Shown in pieces: positions 51,184 to 64,000 of a stretch of DNA of 64,000 nucleotides; position 1 is the stretch's first letter, and each line of letters opens with the position of its first letter. The position numbers and the translations under genes are program-made. This DNA comes from Utricularia gibba (lineage: Eukaryota > Plantae > Magnoliophyta): assembly GCA_002189035.1 (NCBI GenBank), contig NEEC01000008.1:2108001-2172000 (forward strand), written 5' to 3'. The notes under the pieces were generated by a model. That model did not search any database, was not told the DNA's origin, and was given only the letters and a program-made list of their open reading frames with translations.

Positions 51184-52066
51184 GCCTTGTTGATCTAACC
51201 CTATGAAAGGAATCAGAAGCCACAGCCCTAGTCGTTGTTAGTGCTGGTAGTTGAATGTGGATGGAAAGAGGCGCTTTCTCGCAATAATGGTATTTTCGAG
51301 GGGTTTTGGAGAATACCATTGGGGGCTTCTTTAGTAAAGAATTGTTTCAGTGCGATGAGGATGACAGGGGAGGAGAACAAGGTTGTGTGGAACGAGGAGA
51401 AGCGCGAGACAAAAATATATATATATATATTTGGTTAACAGGTATTTAAAATAAAATTTACAATTATTATTTATATGACTATTTTCAATATTTTTTATTT
51501 TCTTAATTGTATGAAAATAAAAATTAGAAATAATAAAGTTTTGATATCATAAGAGGTAATTTTTATTAAACCTATGTAATATGTTAGTTATTATTTAAAA
51601 AATAAGATATGCTTATTTGATTTATCAAATCAAATGTATATATATTTTTATTAAATCCAAAGTAATCAAATGTTTTAAATGAATACTAAACCAGCCCAAG
51701 AGTTGAAAAATACCTGATTTAGGTGATTTTGCAGGAGGCAAAGGCGTTTGTTTCAAAGAACCCTTCTTGGAACTCCTGTTGTACAAGGAAGAAACTGGGT
51801 GTGATCTGTGAAGATCGTATTCGGGATTGCTTGAATATTTCTGTCTAAGCTTCCATTTTTCTGTTCTGTTACACGAACTCCTGTGTGGATCCTTTTGACA
51901 TCATCCATCCCATTCGACTTCCCAACATCACAACCGGTTCAAAATCAGCGGCTAATGCAACTGACACAACCACACCGATTCATGATTTCTCGGCAAGGTC
52001 GATAGATATCAACAACTGATTCATGTCCACCGGCACAAAGATCCCCATACAGCAAATTTAAGCTAT

Positions 52067-54411
52067 TTAAGCATCGGACCTTCTGGTGGAGTCATTCTGT
52101 GGCTGGTTCCGGTGAAATGGTGCCTCGGTGAACACGCCCATGGATCTCAGAGCATCCGAAATCCCCGCTAGATCGGTATTGATGGTTGCGTTCCCAAAAA
52201 CCCTGGTGGTGCCCATATCATTGCGAGCGCCACCTTCTCTTGCACTTGCCTCATTCCTGTTTTCGGATGCTTCTCCTTGGGGTGCATTGAACAGAGTATT
52301 GAGGTCAATAGAACAGCTTCCTCCTGTAACTGGAACATTTACGCATGGAGTTTGGAAGAGGACACGCCCACTTCTTTGCTGCTGCTCCTGGAGTTTCTGT
52401 TCAGCAACCTGTAATGAAATTGTAGCACACCATAAAATGCTTGCACAACTATAACCAGAATTTAAAGTTGCAAAGCTGCCATGTGGTACACCAGCCCTTC
52501 GCCTAGAGCAACATTGCCACTAACCCTTATATTCTCTTTCAGAGAATCGTTGCCAGGATCAAGTTGCAAAGCTGCCATGCAGAAGATAATTGTATTGGAG
52601 TCTGAAATGTTAACCAGTATGTGTGCTACACACTCAGATGTAAATACTAACCTTTCTTAAACCCCTTATCAATTGCATCCCTGTACTTTTCTTGAGCATA
52701 GTAAGCAAATCCCAAACGACTGTAAGCCTTGCTATAATTTGGATTGACTTGTATAGATTTCAGGCAATCTTGAACTGCTTTTGTGTAATCTTGAACCTGA
52801 GTATATGCTGCTGCCCTAACCGCACATGAGAATTGAGATAATTAGAAGGGAAAACTTCAGTCAACATATGCACAACACCACTGATTGCCTTTTACTCAGA
52901 AAACGCATTGTATTCGTAAGGATACATGACACAATTGTGAAGCAATTAAATACCATGAGGGATATGAATATGCTCCTAACCTGTTGCAATAATATACATC
53001 ATTCTTCTCAGAGAGGGCAATAGCAAAAGTATATAGGTCAATTGCTTCCGAATAAACTTTAGACTGCATGGCCTTGTTACCTACAATGAATAACTTTATC
53101 TACTAAGAGAAGACAAATTGATCCTTTACTGATGCTATGATTTTATTCATTCGGAATGCATGCATAAGAACGTTATTAAAGGCACATAAAAGGATCCCAA
53201 ACACCTGATAAGACAAAAAACAAGTGGCATAAAAATACATTCTGAAAATGAGCACCTTGTGCTTTGAAGGTCTCAGCAAGAGTATGCTTATTAGAAGTAT
53301 CGCATCTGGAGGTTTGCATTTCCTGAAACCATTGTGTTATATGATACAAGATAAAAACGAAACATTCTTCATGCAATCCATATCCACTTTATTGAAACAT
53401 TAAACTGCAGCAAAGAAAAAGTTAAGCATAATATGAAGTAATAAAAAACGCCTTAATACCTTGAAAGCCCTATGAAAAAATTTTGTTGCCAAATCAAGCT
53501 GGAGTTGATCATCACTGCCATCAGGAAGCCGTCTGAAATAGTTTATCTTTTCTAGAGCACTGAAAAATGTCCCAAATAGCTCATCGCTCACTGCAAGGTC
53601 AACAAAAAAAGAGTAGTGAGAAAAAGGCAACTGAATGCAAGGAGGGAGATGAGACAATTAGGCCTCTATAAATATGCTTATGAACTCCCAAAATTCTCCG
53701 CCTCACCAACTGCATCCGTCTCCTTCCCATTGCGCACATTCTGATGAAGAGAATTGTGAAGTTAGGATTCAATTACAAACAATCACTAGAAGCACAGGTG
53801 CATTGCCGATCATATGTGTTCATGGTGCAAGGCACATACAAATTAATGAAAACACAGTAAAATGCACAAAAGAAACATGTGATAATCACTCAGAAGAAGG
53901 TAGGTAGAACATTTGACTAAAAAAAAAGCATCAATAATCCAAGTATATCTAATAGTTCAAATAAGCATCGGAACATAATTGGTCAATCACAAGGATAGGT
54001 AGAAACCGATGCCTGAGAAGCAGCCAAAACTACCTCTCCCAGCGAACGAGATGGTTGACCAGTAAATGCCACATTCTCGGTAGCACTGTCCGTGATCCCA
54101 TCGAGAGAACGAAAAATCCTTACTAGAGAATCACTGCTAGTTGGATCATCAAGAGAAGACTTATCAATATTGAAGACTTCCGACAAACAGTCCTTGGCAA
54201 CATCAAGCGCTTCGGTATCAACTCCAGAATGCAGTTCAACTTCCAATAAAAAAAAATCACACAAAAAACAATCGAAGTTTAGAAAAATTGGTGCTGGAGG
54301 TATCTCCTAAGCATACGACGGAGTTGTAAAATAGTCACCTGTGTTGAGGAATTGGAGGAAAGAACGAACGATCCGTTGAGAGAGGGGAGAATCGACCTTC
54401 AGATTCGCCAT
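52067..54411 (-). CDS. SGTA: Small glutamine-rich TPR co-chaperone, SGTA/Sgt2 homologue (At4g08320/TPR8-like)
   Basis: N-terminal dimerisation domain DSPLSQRIVRSFLQFL|..EALDVAKDCLSEVF; three TPRs AETFKAQG|NKAMQ..YYCNR|AAAYTQ..YSKAYSRLG..|ALQLDPGNDSLKENIR|VAEQKL. Confidence 0.9.
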
Positions 54412-54673
54412 GGAAGTGAAGCTAGAGACAGTACGTCAAGAATGAATAGGGTCTACCTATTTGTAGAACCGAATGATAATAATAATAATAAAAGCGAAAA
54501 ACTGCTCCGAAAGGCAAAACATTAAGAAAACCTCGTCTTTTTTACAAACCGGAGTCATCTTTGCATCTCCATTGTGGAAGCTGCGTCAGCAAACATCCAC
54601 GGCGTTGTTGGCGATCTTCCACCGGGAAATATCGTGTTCTGTAAAGATCAAAAGGTACCAACGCAATTAAGAT

Positions 54674-56245
54674 ATGGTGGTTGAATCGTTTGGGGAAATC
54701 GGAAAATCGTTGGGAGCACCTGCAATTTTCGTCCTCGTATTGGTTTTCAATGTCGGCTACAAGTATATTGAATTATGCAAGAAGAAGGTTCGTGGACACT
54801 AGTATCGCTTGCGCTTTTAGATTTCGTGAGTTCATCAGAAGAAAGTTATGGCTGTAAAATTTGGCAATTCTGAGAGTTTCATAAGGTGCAATGCAGAAGC
54901 TGTCGATGAGTGATTCTGATATTCAACTGCAAGCAGATATTAAGCAGCTTCTGAGGGAGGCTAATTCTTTGTCACAGTGAGTCATGGAGTTTGAAATAAT
55001 CAGTTATCCGTTTTCAATGAAGTCAATTTGGAATTATAAATTATATTCCCAATGCGTTCCTAGGACTAAAATTTCTTGTCATGAAGGCCGCAATGGCTAA
55101 TTGATGTTTTTTTTACTGTGATTTGTTCCTCGACTTCAGACCTTCTACATTTGCAAAAGCTGCGAAATTGAGAAGGCAGGCAGCTGCAAAGGAGAGGGAA
55201 CTTGCAAAAAGTAAGATGCCTTTTCTTTCCATCGTTCCAGATTTTACTGTCATTTGAAACTTGTGTATATGATTTACCTTTAGGTATTCTCTGATGATCT
55301 TGTACTTCTTGGCTCTATTGTAATATGTATTTCTGATATTCATAAAATAAGTACCCATAAGTTCAGCATGATATTGCTTCAATGAAAAATTTGGCTTAAT
55401 TTTCTTTTGTTCTTGTAAGATTTTGTTAAAATGATTTGAGTTTGTTTGTTTTTTTTTCATTGGGCATTGATTTACATTCAATGGGGATGCATGAGTCACC
55501 TCTCACGAGTTCTTTTTATGTGCCATAAAGATCAAGAATTGCATGGGAAGGACGTCGAATCTTCATTTGGTAGATACCTGACACTTATACTGAGATCACA
55601 GGTCATTATCAATGAAATGTGTTGTCTGTGTATCATGTTGTGAAATTCAGTAAACGGTATCTGATTCTGTTTGCAGATCATTACCTATATCATGCTGATT
55701 GTCTGGTTTAGGCGCACGCCCGTGACCACAATATCAGATGAACTAGTAAAGCCTTTTGGTAATCTTTTATCCGGTGGCTGATTATATCACAATCAACAAT
55801 TTCAGTTTAGGGTGCTTTAAGACTTTTTTGTGTTCTTAAGTTACATATAATTCGAGAAAACCACTGCATGACTAAAATTTTTAGGGTAAAGAAAGAGCAA
55901 TAGCAAGCATGCCATTTGGTTTCGTTGTTTCAACTACATAGCTGTTTCTTGTTTCAGTGCTCTCCTTTTCTGTCATAATCTTCACCTTTACTTATAAATC
56001 TTTTTTCCATTAATCACCTAGATTCTTTGAAGGTCCTCCCTTTTTTACAGGTAGCTTGCTGTCCTTGAGAGCAGAATCATCTTATGTTGCTGTAATATGA
56101 ATGTGTTTCAAAGATCACTTCTTATTTTGCTCAAGGGCCTTTAAATTAATCTCAATGGCTCGTGATTATGCAGGTGGGGATTATACCCTGGTTGATTGTT
56201 TCCACCAGGGTTAGCATGTTCATTTGTGGGAAGTTATGGAGCTGA
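54674..56245 (+). CDS. GET1: GET1/WRB ER membrane insertase, 176 aa, 7 exons (54674-54787, 54897-54976, 55140-55210, 55531-55601, 55677-55758, 56051-56091, 56174-56245); absent from the ORF track
   Basis: TM1 APAIFVLVLVF; coiled coil ADIKQLLREANSLSQ|PSTFAKAAKLRRQAAAKERELAK; TM2 YIMLIVWFRRTP..LVKPFG; TM3 VGIIPWLIVSTRVS. All six GT-AG junctions are phase-compatible (531 nt). Confidence 0.92.
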
Positions 56246-56998
56246 TTCAAGTCCAGGGTAGGAGTTCTTTAGTTACTTGTATTTGTATTTTTGTCTTTTG
56301 GTAATTTGCTTGCTTTTCTGTTTATTCTCAACTTCTCCAGGGTGTTGGATTAGCTTCCTCCTACTTGAATCCCATCGACCTACGGCGTGATTTGTCGAAT
56401 GCTGGATTCGGATATGGAATATCAACAGCCGGTTCGCAGGTCCCTTAAATTTCAACATTGCACTAAAACTACACATGATCATCATTTTTGTAGTCAGTGT
56501 AGACCAGTTCATAGGAAATTTTTTAGAAACAGAAATTGAGGTTTCCCTCTTCCCATACTCTCTTTTCACATCTATCCTTACTACTATCTGTTTTTCGATT
56601 GTAGTTCACCATTAATTTGTATCAAATGAAGATTACATTTTGATAATGGAAGGAGTTTTTGCTTAGAAAAAATGTTGGCAGTTGCTTCTGTGGAGATTAC
56701 TGGGGAAACTATTCTTCCCAAGGTTTACTGTGTTATTTGTGCAACCTTTTTCTCCCTCATGACATACGTATTAGATTCAACTCAATACACAGAGAAACTG
56801 ATCCAACTGAAACAGCATACAGCTACCTATGTCGCCTTTCCAGGCATCAAGCCATCACTAAAAGAACAGCGTGACGGGACAGGGTACAACAGCAGAGTAG
56901 AGAGCTTAACAATGAACTACGCCATCCAGCTTTGGGGCGAAATAACCAAGAACAATCTGTTACACTGCCAGTCGCCAGATCATTGATGCAGGTGAGCT

Positions 56999-59066
56999 TC
57001 AGATTTGATAATCTGGATTAAAGGCCAGAGCCTCTCTGTAAATCAGCTCCTTCATCTGTTCTTCTGTAAGACCATGCTTTTCGAAGTCGAAATTAAACGG
57101 ATTCGGGCAAATCGGCTCGTCACTTATGTCATGGAGCGAGTTGAGGTATGGATGGGCCAAAGCATCTTCCACTGATACACAGATGTTATAGAATGTCAGG
57201 TGCAAGGCCAGGTTCCTATATTATTACTTGCAACTTTCTCATCTACATAATGCAACTACATGCTTCCGACGAAATCATTACTCATGGCTAAGTTTACTAG
57301 TAAAAAAGCATCACTTGAAAGTTACTGGAGTATAGGCAATAGAAGTTCTTACCAGTAATTCTTCGTCTGGGATCAAAGGTCAGCATCTTCTCGACCAGAT
57401 CAATAGCAAGAGGATGCACTTGTGGAAACTTCTCTGCGAAAGACTGCGGGTGATGAGGTGGAAGTTGCTTGATATATCTTATGGCATTTTCATTCAAGAA
57501 TCCCAACTCAGACTCAGATGGTGTGCCAATTAACTGCAAAGAGATGAGTGAAGGATGAGCGTGTAAACATTCTGTGCTGATAAAAAAAATCCTGGAATGG
57601 AGACTGTGAAGAACCTCCATCAGAAGACGCAACTGATGCACATGGTCCCTCCCTGGAAATAATGGCTTTCGGTCCATCAGTTCCATAAAAATGCACCCAA
57701 CTGACCAAATATCAATGGCAGCGGTATAATCAGAAGAGTTTAATAACAGCTCTGGTGCCCTGTACCACCTTGTAACAACATATTCAGTCATAAAGTCTGT
57801 TTCAGATGTGACCCGAGCCAATCCAAAATCACAAATCTTGAGATCACAATTGGCATTCAGAAGAAGATTACTAGGCTTCAAATCCCTATGCAGAACATTA
57901 GCCGAGTGGATGTATTTAAGTCCACGGAGAATCTGATACAAGAAATACTGCAAAAGAAGTATCCACGCTTAGAACACCTCCAATCAAACATATTACGAGA
58001 GAAATATATGCTAATGACTAAAAATCAGCAACACAGATGTTTTGATGTTTAAAAGGAGAAACAAGCAAACAAAAGCTTTTTGGAATGACCCAAAAGCACA
58101 AATGCCAATTCAATGAGCCGAGAAAAAACAGCAAAGCACGAGCAGAATGTAGTAGGACCTGGCAATGCTCCTCTGACAATGGCTGATTAGATCTGATAAT
58201 TTGGTGGAGATCAGTGTCCATGAGCTCATATGCAATATATACATCATTGAATGAATCCCTTCGAGGAGGAACAACAATATCTCTGATTGCCACAACCTGA
58301 AGATAATGACTAAAACCAGCTACAACAGTTTCCATATAAATTCAGACAGAATTTCCACAACCAATCCTACACCCCTTTCTCTTTTAAGCGTAAAATTAAA
58401 ACTGAAATTTCATTCATCAGTCAGGGAAGGAAAAAGGGGCGTCTCAGTTCTAAAAAGCACACCACAGCTCTTTTTTTTTCCTTACTACAGAAACTCTATA
58501 GATGCAACCGATTAACGATCTACGCTACAGAAGCTACATACTTGGTTATATATATGTTGAAATCAGAAACTTTACTGTAAAACAGGTGAAAAAAAAAACG
58601 TGAAGTGCTGCTGGAGATAGTGAAACGAACATTTTCATGATCCATGTGCCGAAGAAGCTTGATCTCTCGGAGAGTCCTCTTTGCGTCAATTTTATTATCA
58701 AACGCATTTGTAATCTTCTTCAAAGCCACGTGCTCGTTGGTCTCCGAGTTCAGAGCAGAACTGTTGGACAACAAAGGAAATGAAATACAGGACAAGGGGA
58801 TGCAGCGAAGAAAAATCAGTAAAAAGAACGTCTCGATACCAGACGATGCCATATGCTCCTTTCCCGATTGGCATAATTGGGGGTTTATATTTAGAAGTGA
58901 CCTCGAATATGTTGCCGAAGATATTGTACTGAATAAACCGGCCGTCGTGACTAAGCGTCGCTGACACTTGATCCATCGGAGGCTGGTGCTGCTGCGGAGG
59001 CGGCGGCGGCGGCGGAGGCTCCACTTCCGACATCGCGGTGTCAGGAGGATGAGCTCCACCTTCCAT
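56999..59066 (-). CDS. MPK6: Mitogen-activated protein kinase, group A TEY type, 6 exons
   Basis: [74 protein letters not shown]. Confidence 0.96.
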
Positions 59067-60254
59067 TTTCTGGTCGAAGTAATAAAAGTAAGTGAAGAAT
59101 TAAAACACTGATATATAAACTACACGCACACAAATTATTTCTCTATTATCATGCCTTTAATCGTTACATTTCTTGGCTTTTTAATTCCCATATCTTGCAT
59201 ACATCCTCTCCATTAATTACTTTTTAATTTCCCGCATAATAAAATAAAAAATTAATATTAAATATGATTCATTTTTTCACACATAAATATTAAAATGATT
59301 AAATTTACACCTTTGCGAATATATTTTTGAAAAGTATATTACTCTTTTTTTAAAAAAACTTCTCAATTAGTCTGTCTTCATTATTTAAGATTGATTCCTT
59401 TAGAAATTTAATCATTTGATTTTCGACTTTATATATGTGATAAATGTAGTAATTCGTAAGATTGAATAACCAGATTTTTAAATGATCATATAGCGGGGAA
59501 GTAGATAAACATCAGACTTTGCGGTATTCATTGATTTTTTTGGAGATCATCAGACTGCAAAGCTTGCTCATTACAGTGACGTCCCGCCCCGCCCCACGGA
59601 AGGGTCGAGGAGAAGGGCTTTAGACGAATCCCACATCGATCACGAACGAGGAAGAGGATGAGATTAAGAGGAGTGATTATACAAAATCTAACATGAAGTC
59701 TTTTTCCCAATACGGCAAAGGATACTTCACATGAATTCCAGGATTAATCTTGCTTGCCAAGGGTAATGTCAGGTAGGCTGGATAACCCCCCTGGGAAGTT
59801 GGACAGAATGTGGGGAAAACATAAAGTCGAGAGAGTTGAATGTCCAAAAGAGACTGTTAGGTGTGCACAGGTCATTACACATTACATACATGTTTGAGTA
59901 AACTCTGATGCTTCAAAAGCCACGAAGGATCGAAACAGAGACAATGGAAGTGATTTTTCATAAAGAAATGACTTATTGCAGAAATTTTTCTTTGAGAATG
60001 TGTAGCAATGTTTACTGTTATTACAGATTGCCACTGAAGAGACTAAACCACAACTGTGACTGTACATTCTGCACGCATGCTCCAGCATCAGGAGGCAGAC
60101 AACAAAAGCTCCAAGAAATAAGAAAGCAAGATGAATGAAGAGGCATCAACACGGCATAGGTAGACAAGAAACAAGGAGCATCTCTGGTGCTTCCAAATGG
60201 AAAGGAGCAGGAAAGGGGGATCACAGCAAAATTTGAGCACCCTTATCAGAGCAG

Positions 60255-63200
60255 CTAACCACTTACACATTTTGGGCTTGTTCTTCCATTCAGTCCTTCG
60301 AGCGAATTGGAACCAGCAACAGGAAGAAAGTGGTGAGCAAAAAATAGCAGCAACTTCTTTTGATTTTCATCAGTGTGAGGGATGCTATCAAGAAGAAGCT
60401 CCAAGGGCATCTCCCTGCTGAGGGCTTTTGCAGCAGCATCTGAACCAGCTGTTTCTGTGCTCTGTGGGTCTTGAAGAATTAAGGATTGCATAACGCTATC
60501 ATATTTACTCATGCAGTACTCCGACAGAAAGCTGAAGAAATCATCAAAACAAGCCTGCCAAAGGACAGGATTTGGTAGACTGTGGCCTCTGGCGGAGAGA
60601 GGATCTTCTAATACCTGAGTTGCTCTTTCTAAGACAGACTTCAGAATAACTGAGGCACCATCTCCGGCAGGACTACCAAGAGGACGAAGACGTGGTTGTT
60701 CAGTTGAAAAACCAACTGCGGAAAGGCAATCACTAAGTGCATTAAGATCCATTCCAGCAACAGATGCAGAAACTGCTCTTGCAAGGGCATGAATAGTGTT
60801 GGCATCTTCAGCTTCTGGTGGAAGACTACCAAAGAGAAAACTTAAATGGCGAAATACAGCCATGCAAACAATACGATTAAGCTCACTACCAGGTAAAAGA
60901 AGAGAAATAAATCTTGTAAGGAGTTTCTGTCCTTTGCAAATGGAAGCTACTCTCAGAAACACATTATCATGCTCTGGGGAGAGCCCAACATTACTAACAC
61001 CTTTGCCAAAAGGATGAGCCAGTCGAAGAGAGGCAGCTAATCCTTCTAAAAGAAGATGGCGCTTCTGTCTAAGCTGGAGTCCATCTTGAGGTTGGGAAAA
61101 CTGTAAAAGCCGATCAATATCATCCACATCCAATAGCAGCCTAAAACCATACTCTATCAGGACTCTCGCAGCAAACATTGGCTCCTGTTCCAAGGGCCTT
61201 TCAAACAATATCTGTTCAGAATTTTTCTCTCCAAAATAAGGGGCAGGAATTTCAATTTCAAGAAGAGATTGGAGTTGCTGAACCGAGGTGAGACTGATCC
61301 TCCCATAAGCATCTGCTGCATGAGATTCAGCACTCTTGCGGGAGCGTGAAGATTGCTGTTTTAAGTTAGATGGACAGAATCGAAACTTTGAGCTTGTTTC
61401 AATAGATCTCTTGGACAGACAAGCTTGGTGGTAGTAATCATCTGCATAGGGATTATTTCCATGGGTTGCAGCCTGCTGAATTTTGAGAACGCTCTCTATC
61501 TCTTCAGCAGTCATGTACTTTGATCTGAATTCCGGAAAATTACTATCATGACTGCTAACATCAGAGCAATTGGAGAGCCTTGAGGAATTCTTACCTTTCA
61601 GTGAGGACCTAACTTTGCTCTCTCTTCTATTAGAATGCTTGCTTCCACGAGAATGTGAAAGCACAGTATTAAACATTTGAGAAGACAATGCAGAATTCCG
61701 GGATAAAGAAGGCTGGGATGGATGGTTTAGCCTCAGCTGTTGTGGTGACACTCCATGGGAAGGTAATAGCCAGTTCTGATACTGACCATTAAGGATGCTG
61801 TTAGATGAAAGTGAATTATCCCTATGAAGATGTGCAGATTGGCTGTTCCCAAGGATTTGCAACTGAGTGTTGCTGGAAAGTATAGGTGGTGCAATATAGG
61901 GTGAATCCAAATTATGAGGAAACACACGAGGCAAGCCATATAAATGCATACGTGAACTGGAGGATGGAGAATTATTCTGCTGAGAGAATGCAGAATAAGA
62001 TCCACTGGACTGAGATGACAGGTTACGTTGACGTGAACTATTCACAGAAAGTTGATGAAAACCTGGTGGAGGCAAAGAAGTATAAGACATCGTTCGGCCT
62101 AATATAGGCTCACTCGAAAACTTATGCAATTGTTGATTCTGCTCAGGATATGAGGATGTTCTGTAAAGAGGTTTTGAATCCGAAGTGAAAGGATCACTGG
62201 AAAAGAATGATAGCTGCTGCTGTTCCAGCTGAAGAGGGTAAGATGACGCTCTATATAATGGTTTAGACTCTGAAGAAGACCCTGAAGAAAAATGAGACTG
62301 GGGCGACCATATTTTATTTTCTATAGAGAGTTCCGAGTCCGAAAAATGGTGATCAAACCAATCAGAAAAATCTGCTTCCTTCGTCCACTCAGTAGCTGAT
62401 GAACCTGAAGTTACAAGAGTACATCAGTAATAGAAAATGCCCCAAATGCAATAAACATTCATGCATTCTATATTAAAATATAAAAAAATGAGAATTGCAT
62501 GGATGATATTACTTCAAAGAAAACTCAAAGACCAACCAGAACAAAATACTCAGGCCGTAAAACTCACTTTCCCGAGAAAAAGAACCAGATCCTCGATCGC
62601 CAATAATCCCAGGATGCTTTGGTTCAGAAACAAATTTGTTTATCTGCAAAATGCACAGATTTTGATGAAAATGGCGGGTTTGTAGGTTCCATTTGACAAA
62701 GTGGTAACCAAAAAGAAATTATCCTGCATCTCCCAGAGAAAATCCAGAACTCCTTGAAAAAGATTTGCGAAGATTATCAGCAGAAAGAAAATCACCTTAG
62801 CAAAAGTAGTTGTCATGTCATCTATGTCAGATAATGATCCGAGTGCTAAACCCTGTTGTAGCAAAAAGCGGGTAAAGGTACTTGATTCCGCCAGTAACAC
62901 TATTATACATACGTGCATACTTTTGTCAATTTACCTCGTATTTTTCAAGCAACTGATACTCGTCTAGATCATGATCAGCAACACATATTCCAGTAGAGCC
63001 AGCCTCTTCATCTTCCAAGCTCCCAAATTTCTCATCATCAAGGATCTCCGTCCCAAAAAAGGCGTGATGGGACGCATCAAACACCTCTCGATCTGGATAC
63101 AACATTAAAATGAACAGAGCCGAAAATCAAGACCAAATACACACACATGAGCCCCAATACGGACGCAACAACGATTAGAACGCAACAAGCTGTTGCTTAA

Positions 63201-63684
63201 TCAAACAAATCGGAGTTCTCCCTACGAACAAGGGCCAAAACCCATATCCATTCGAGAGTCAAAACACTTTTTTCTTCCTTTTCAACAACTGAAGGCGCCA
63301 AAGTTCAAGCAAAAAAGCAGGAAAAAAAAAACCCAGCCGCGAACCTGAAACCCAGCTGCCTGAGAGCCCCCGGTAAGCCATGCTGACGAATTCGGGCTAG
63401 TTTCTACAAGCAATCCCGCATAAAAAAAAACTTCAAGATTCCTTGTTTTTTTGGGAGGGGGTAGCTGTGTTACTACACTGAGGCCCGGGGCCAGCGCGGT
63501 ACGAAGTCCGGCATAAATTAGGGTTTAGGTGGAGACAGATCCACAACTTCCGGGACAGAGACGTGCACGCCGTGGATGATGAATGAAGCTGGTACTTGTT
63601 TGTCCCCTTACTCGCCCTCACCAAACATCTTGTTGTTTGTCTGTTTGCAGTTGGTACACGCTTCGCCATCAAGATTCCGCTCAT
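60255..63684 (-). CDS. PAT1: PAT1 decapping activator (topoisomerase II-associated protein PAT1 family); first exon uncertain
   Basis: [10 protein letters not shown] | [15 protein letters not shown] | [18 protein letters not shown] | [54 protein letters not shown]. Confidence 0.93.
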
Positions 63685-64000
63685 GACTTTTCTTCTCTCA
63701 AAAACAGAAAAAAACTTTAATTAATACGGAATAACGTAAGCATTATGATTTTTCTATATTTATTTGAAAATGACTTTTTTCTTATTCAAATTTATGAATA
63801 AAAATATGATAATAAAACTGAATAGGAAAAGCATATAGAAATAGTCTCTTCCTTGTAATTGTCAAATTAGTGATGAATTTTCCACACAAAAAAATCAATA
63901 AAATAATTGAAATCTCTCCACACTATTTTTTAGTACAAAATTAAAATTCAGACTAGATTCAATGCAAATTATGTTCTATGATTTGAAATTTTGTTTCAGA

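Noticed and set aside
56672-56986. 104-aa plus-strand ORF between GET1 and MPK6
   Set aside because: Starts at TTG, lies antisense to the MPK6 3' UTR region, and has no recognisable motif.
59575-59700. TRIM/solo-LTR-like fragment (GAATCCCACATCG)
   Set aside because: Only a short motif; no TG...CA ends, TSD or second copy.
59794-59813. miR394 target-like GAAGTTGGACAGAATG
   Set aside because: Four mismatches opposite miRNA nt 1-4, and it lies outside any F-box transcript.
1-64000. Many short antisense or overlapping ORFs in the track; CRISPR arrays, rRNA, organellar insertions
   Set aside because: The short ORFs are shadows of real exons. No regularly spaced repeat-spacer array, rRNA or plastid/mitochondrial segment was seen.

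Overview
Gene-dense flowering-plant nuclear DNA with short introns, probably eudicot. It holds about 20 protein-coding genes: ABR1-like ERF, thioredoxin y, GBF4-like bZIP, MFL1 carrier, RZ-1, PRAF/RLD, SKIP15 F-box, trihelix, BCKDH E1-alpha, PPR-E, an unknown protein, a 63-aa microprotein, two BTB/POZ genes, Bsister MADS, PDI, SGTA/Sgt2, GET1, MPK6 and PAT1. It also holds two decayed genes (ASR, TOM1-like), the 3' part of a near-intact Ty1/copia element and a degraded PIF/Harbinger transposon. Family calls come from translated motifs compared with sequences recalled from memory; no database search was run. Most notable: (1) SGTA and GET1 (a 7-exon gene the ORF track misses), the entry and exit components of the GET tail-anchored protein pathway, lie head-to-head with 262 nt between start codons; (2) one BCKDH E1-alpha gene has two alternative first exons, each encoding its own mitochondrial presequence; (3) the PRAF gene has lesions concentrated in its PH-domain exons; (4) the PDI has a non-canonical a' site, SCTHC; (5) an ORF-poor segment contains a gapped full-length miR156 match and weaker matches to other miRNAs (speculative). 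Several single-base frameshifts fall in homopolymers and are probably assembly errors.
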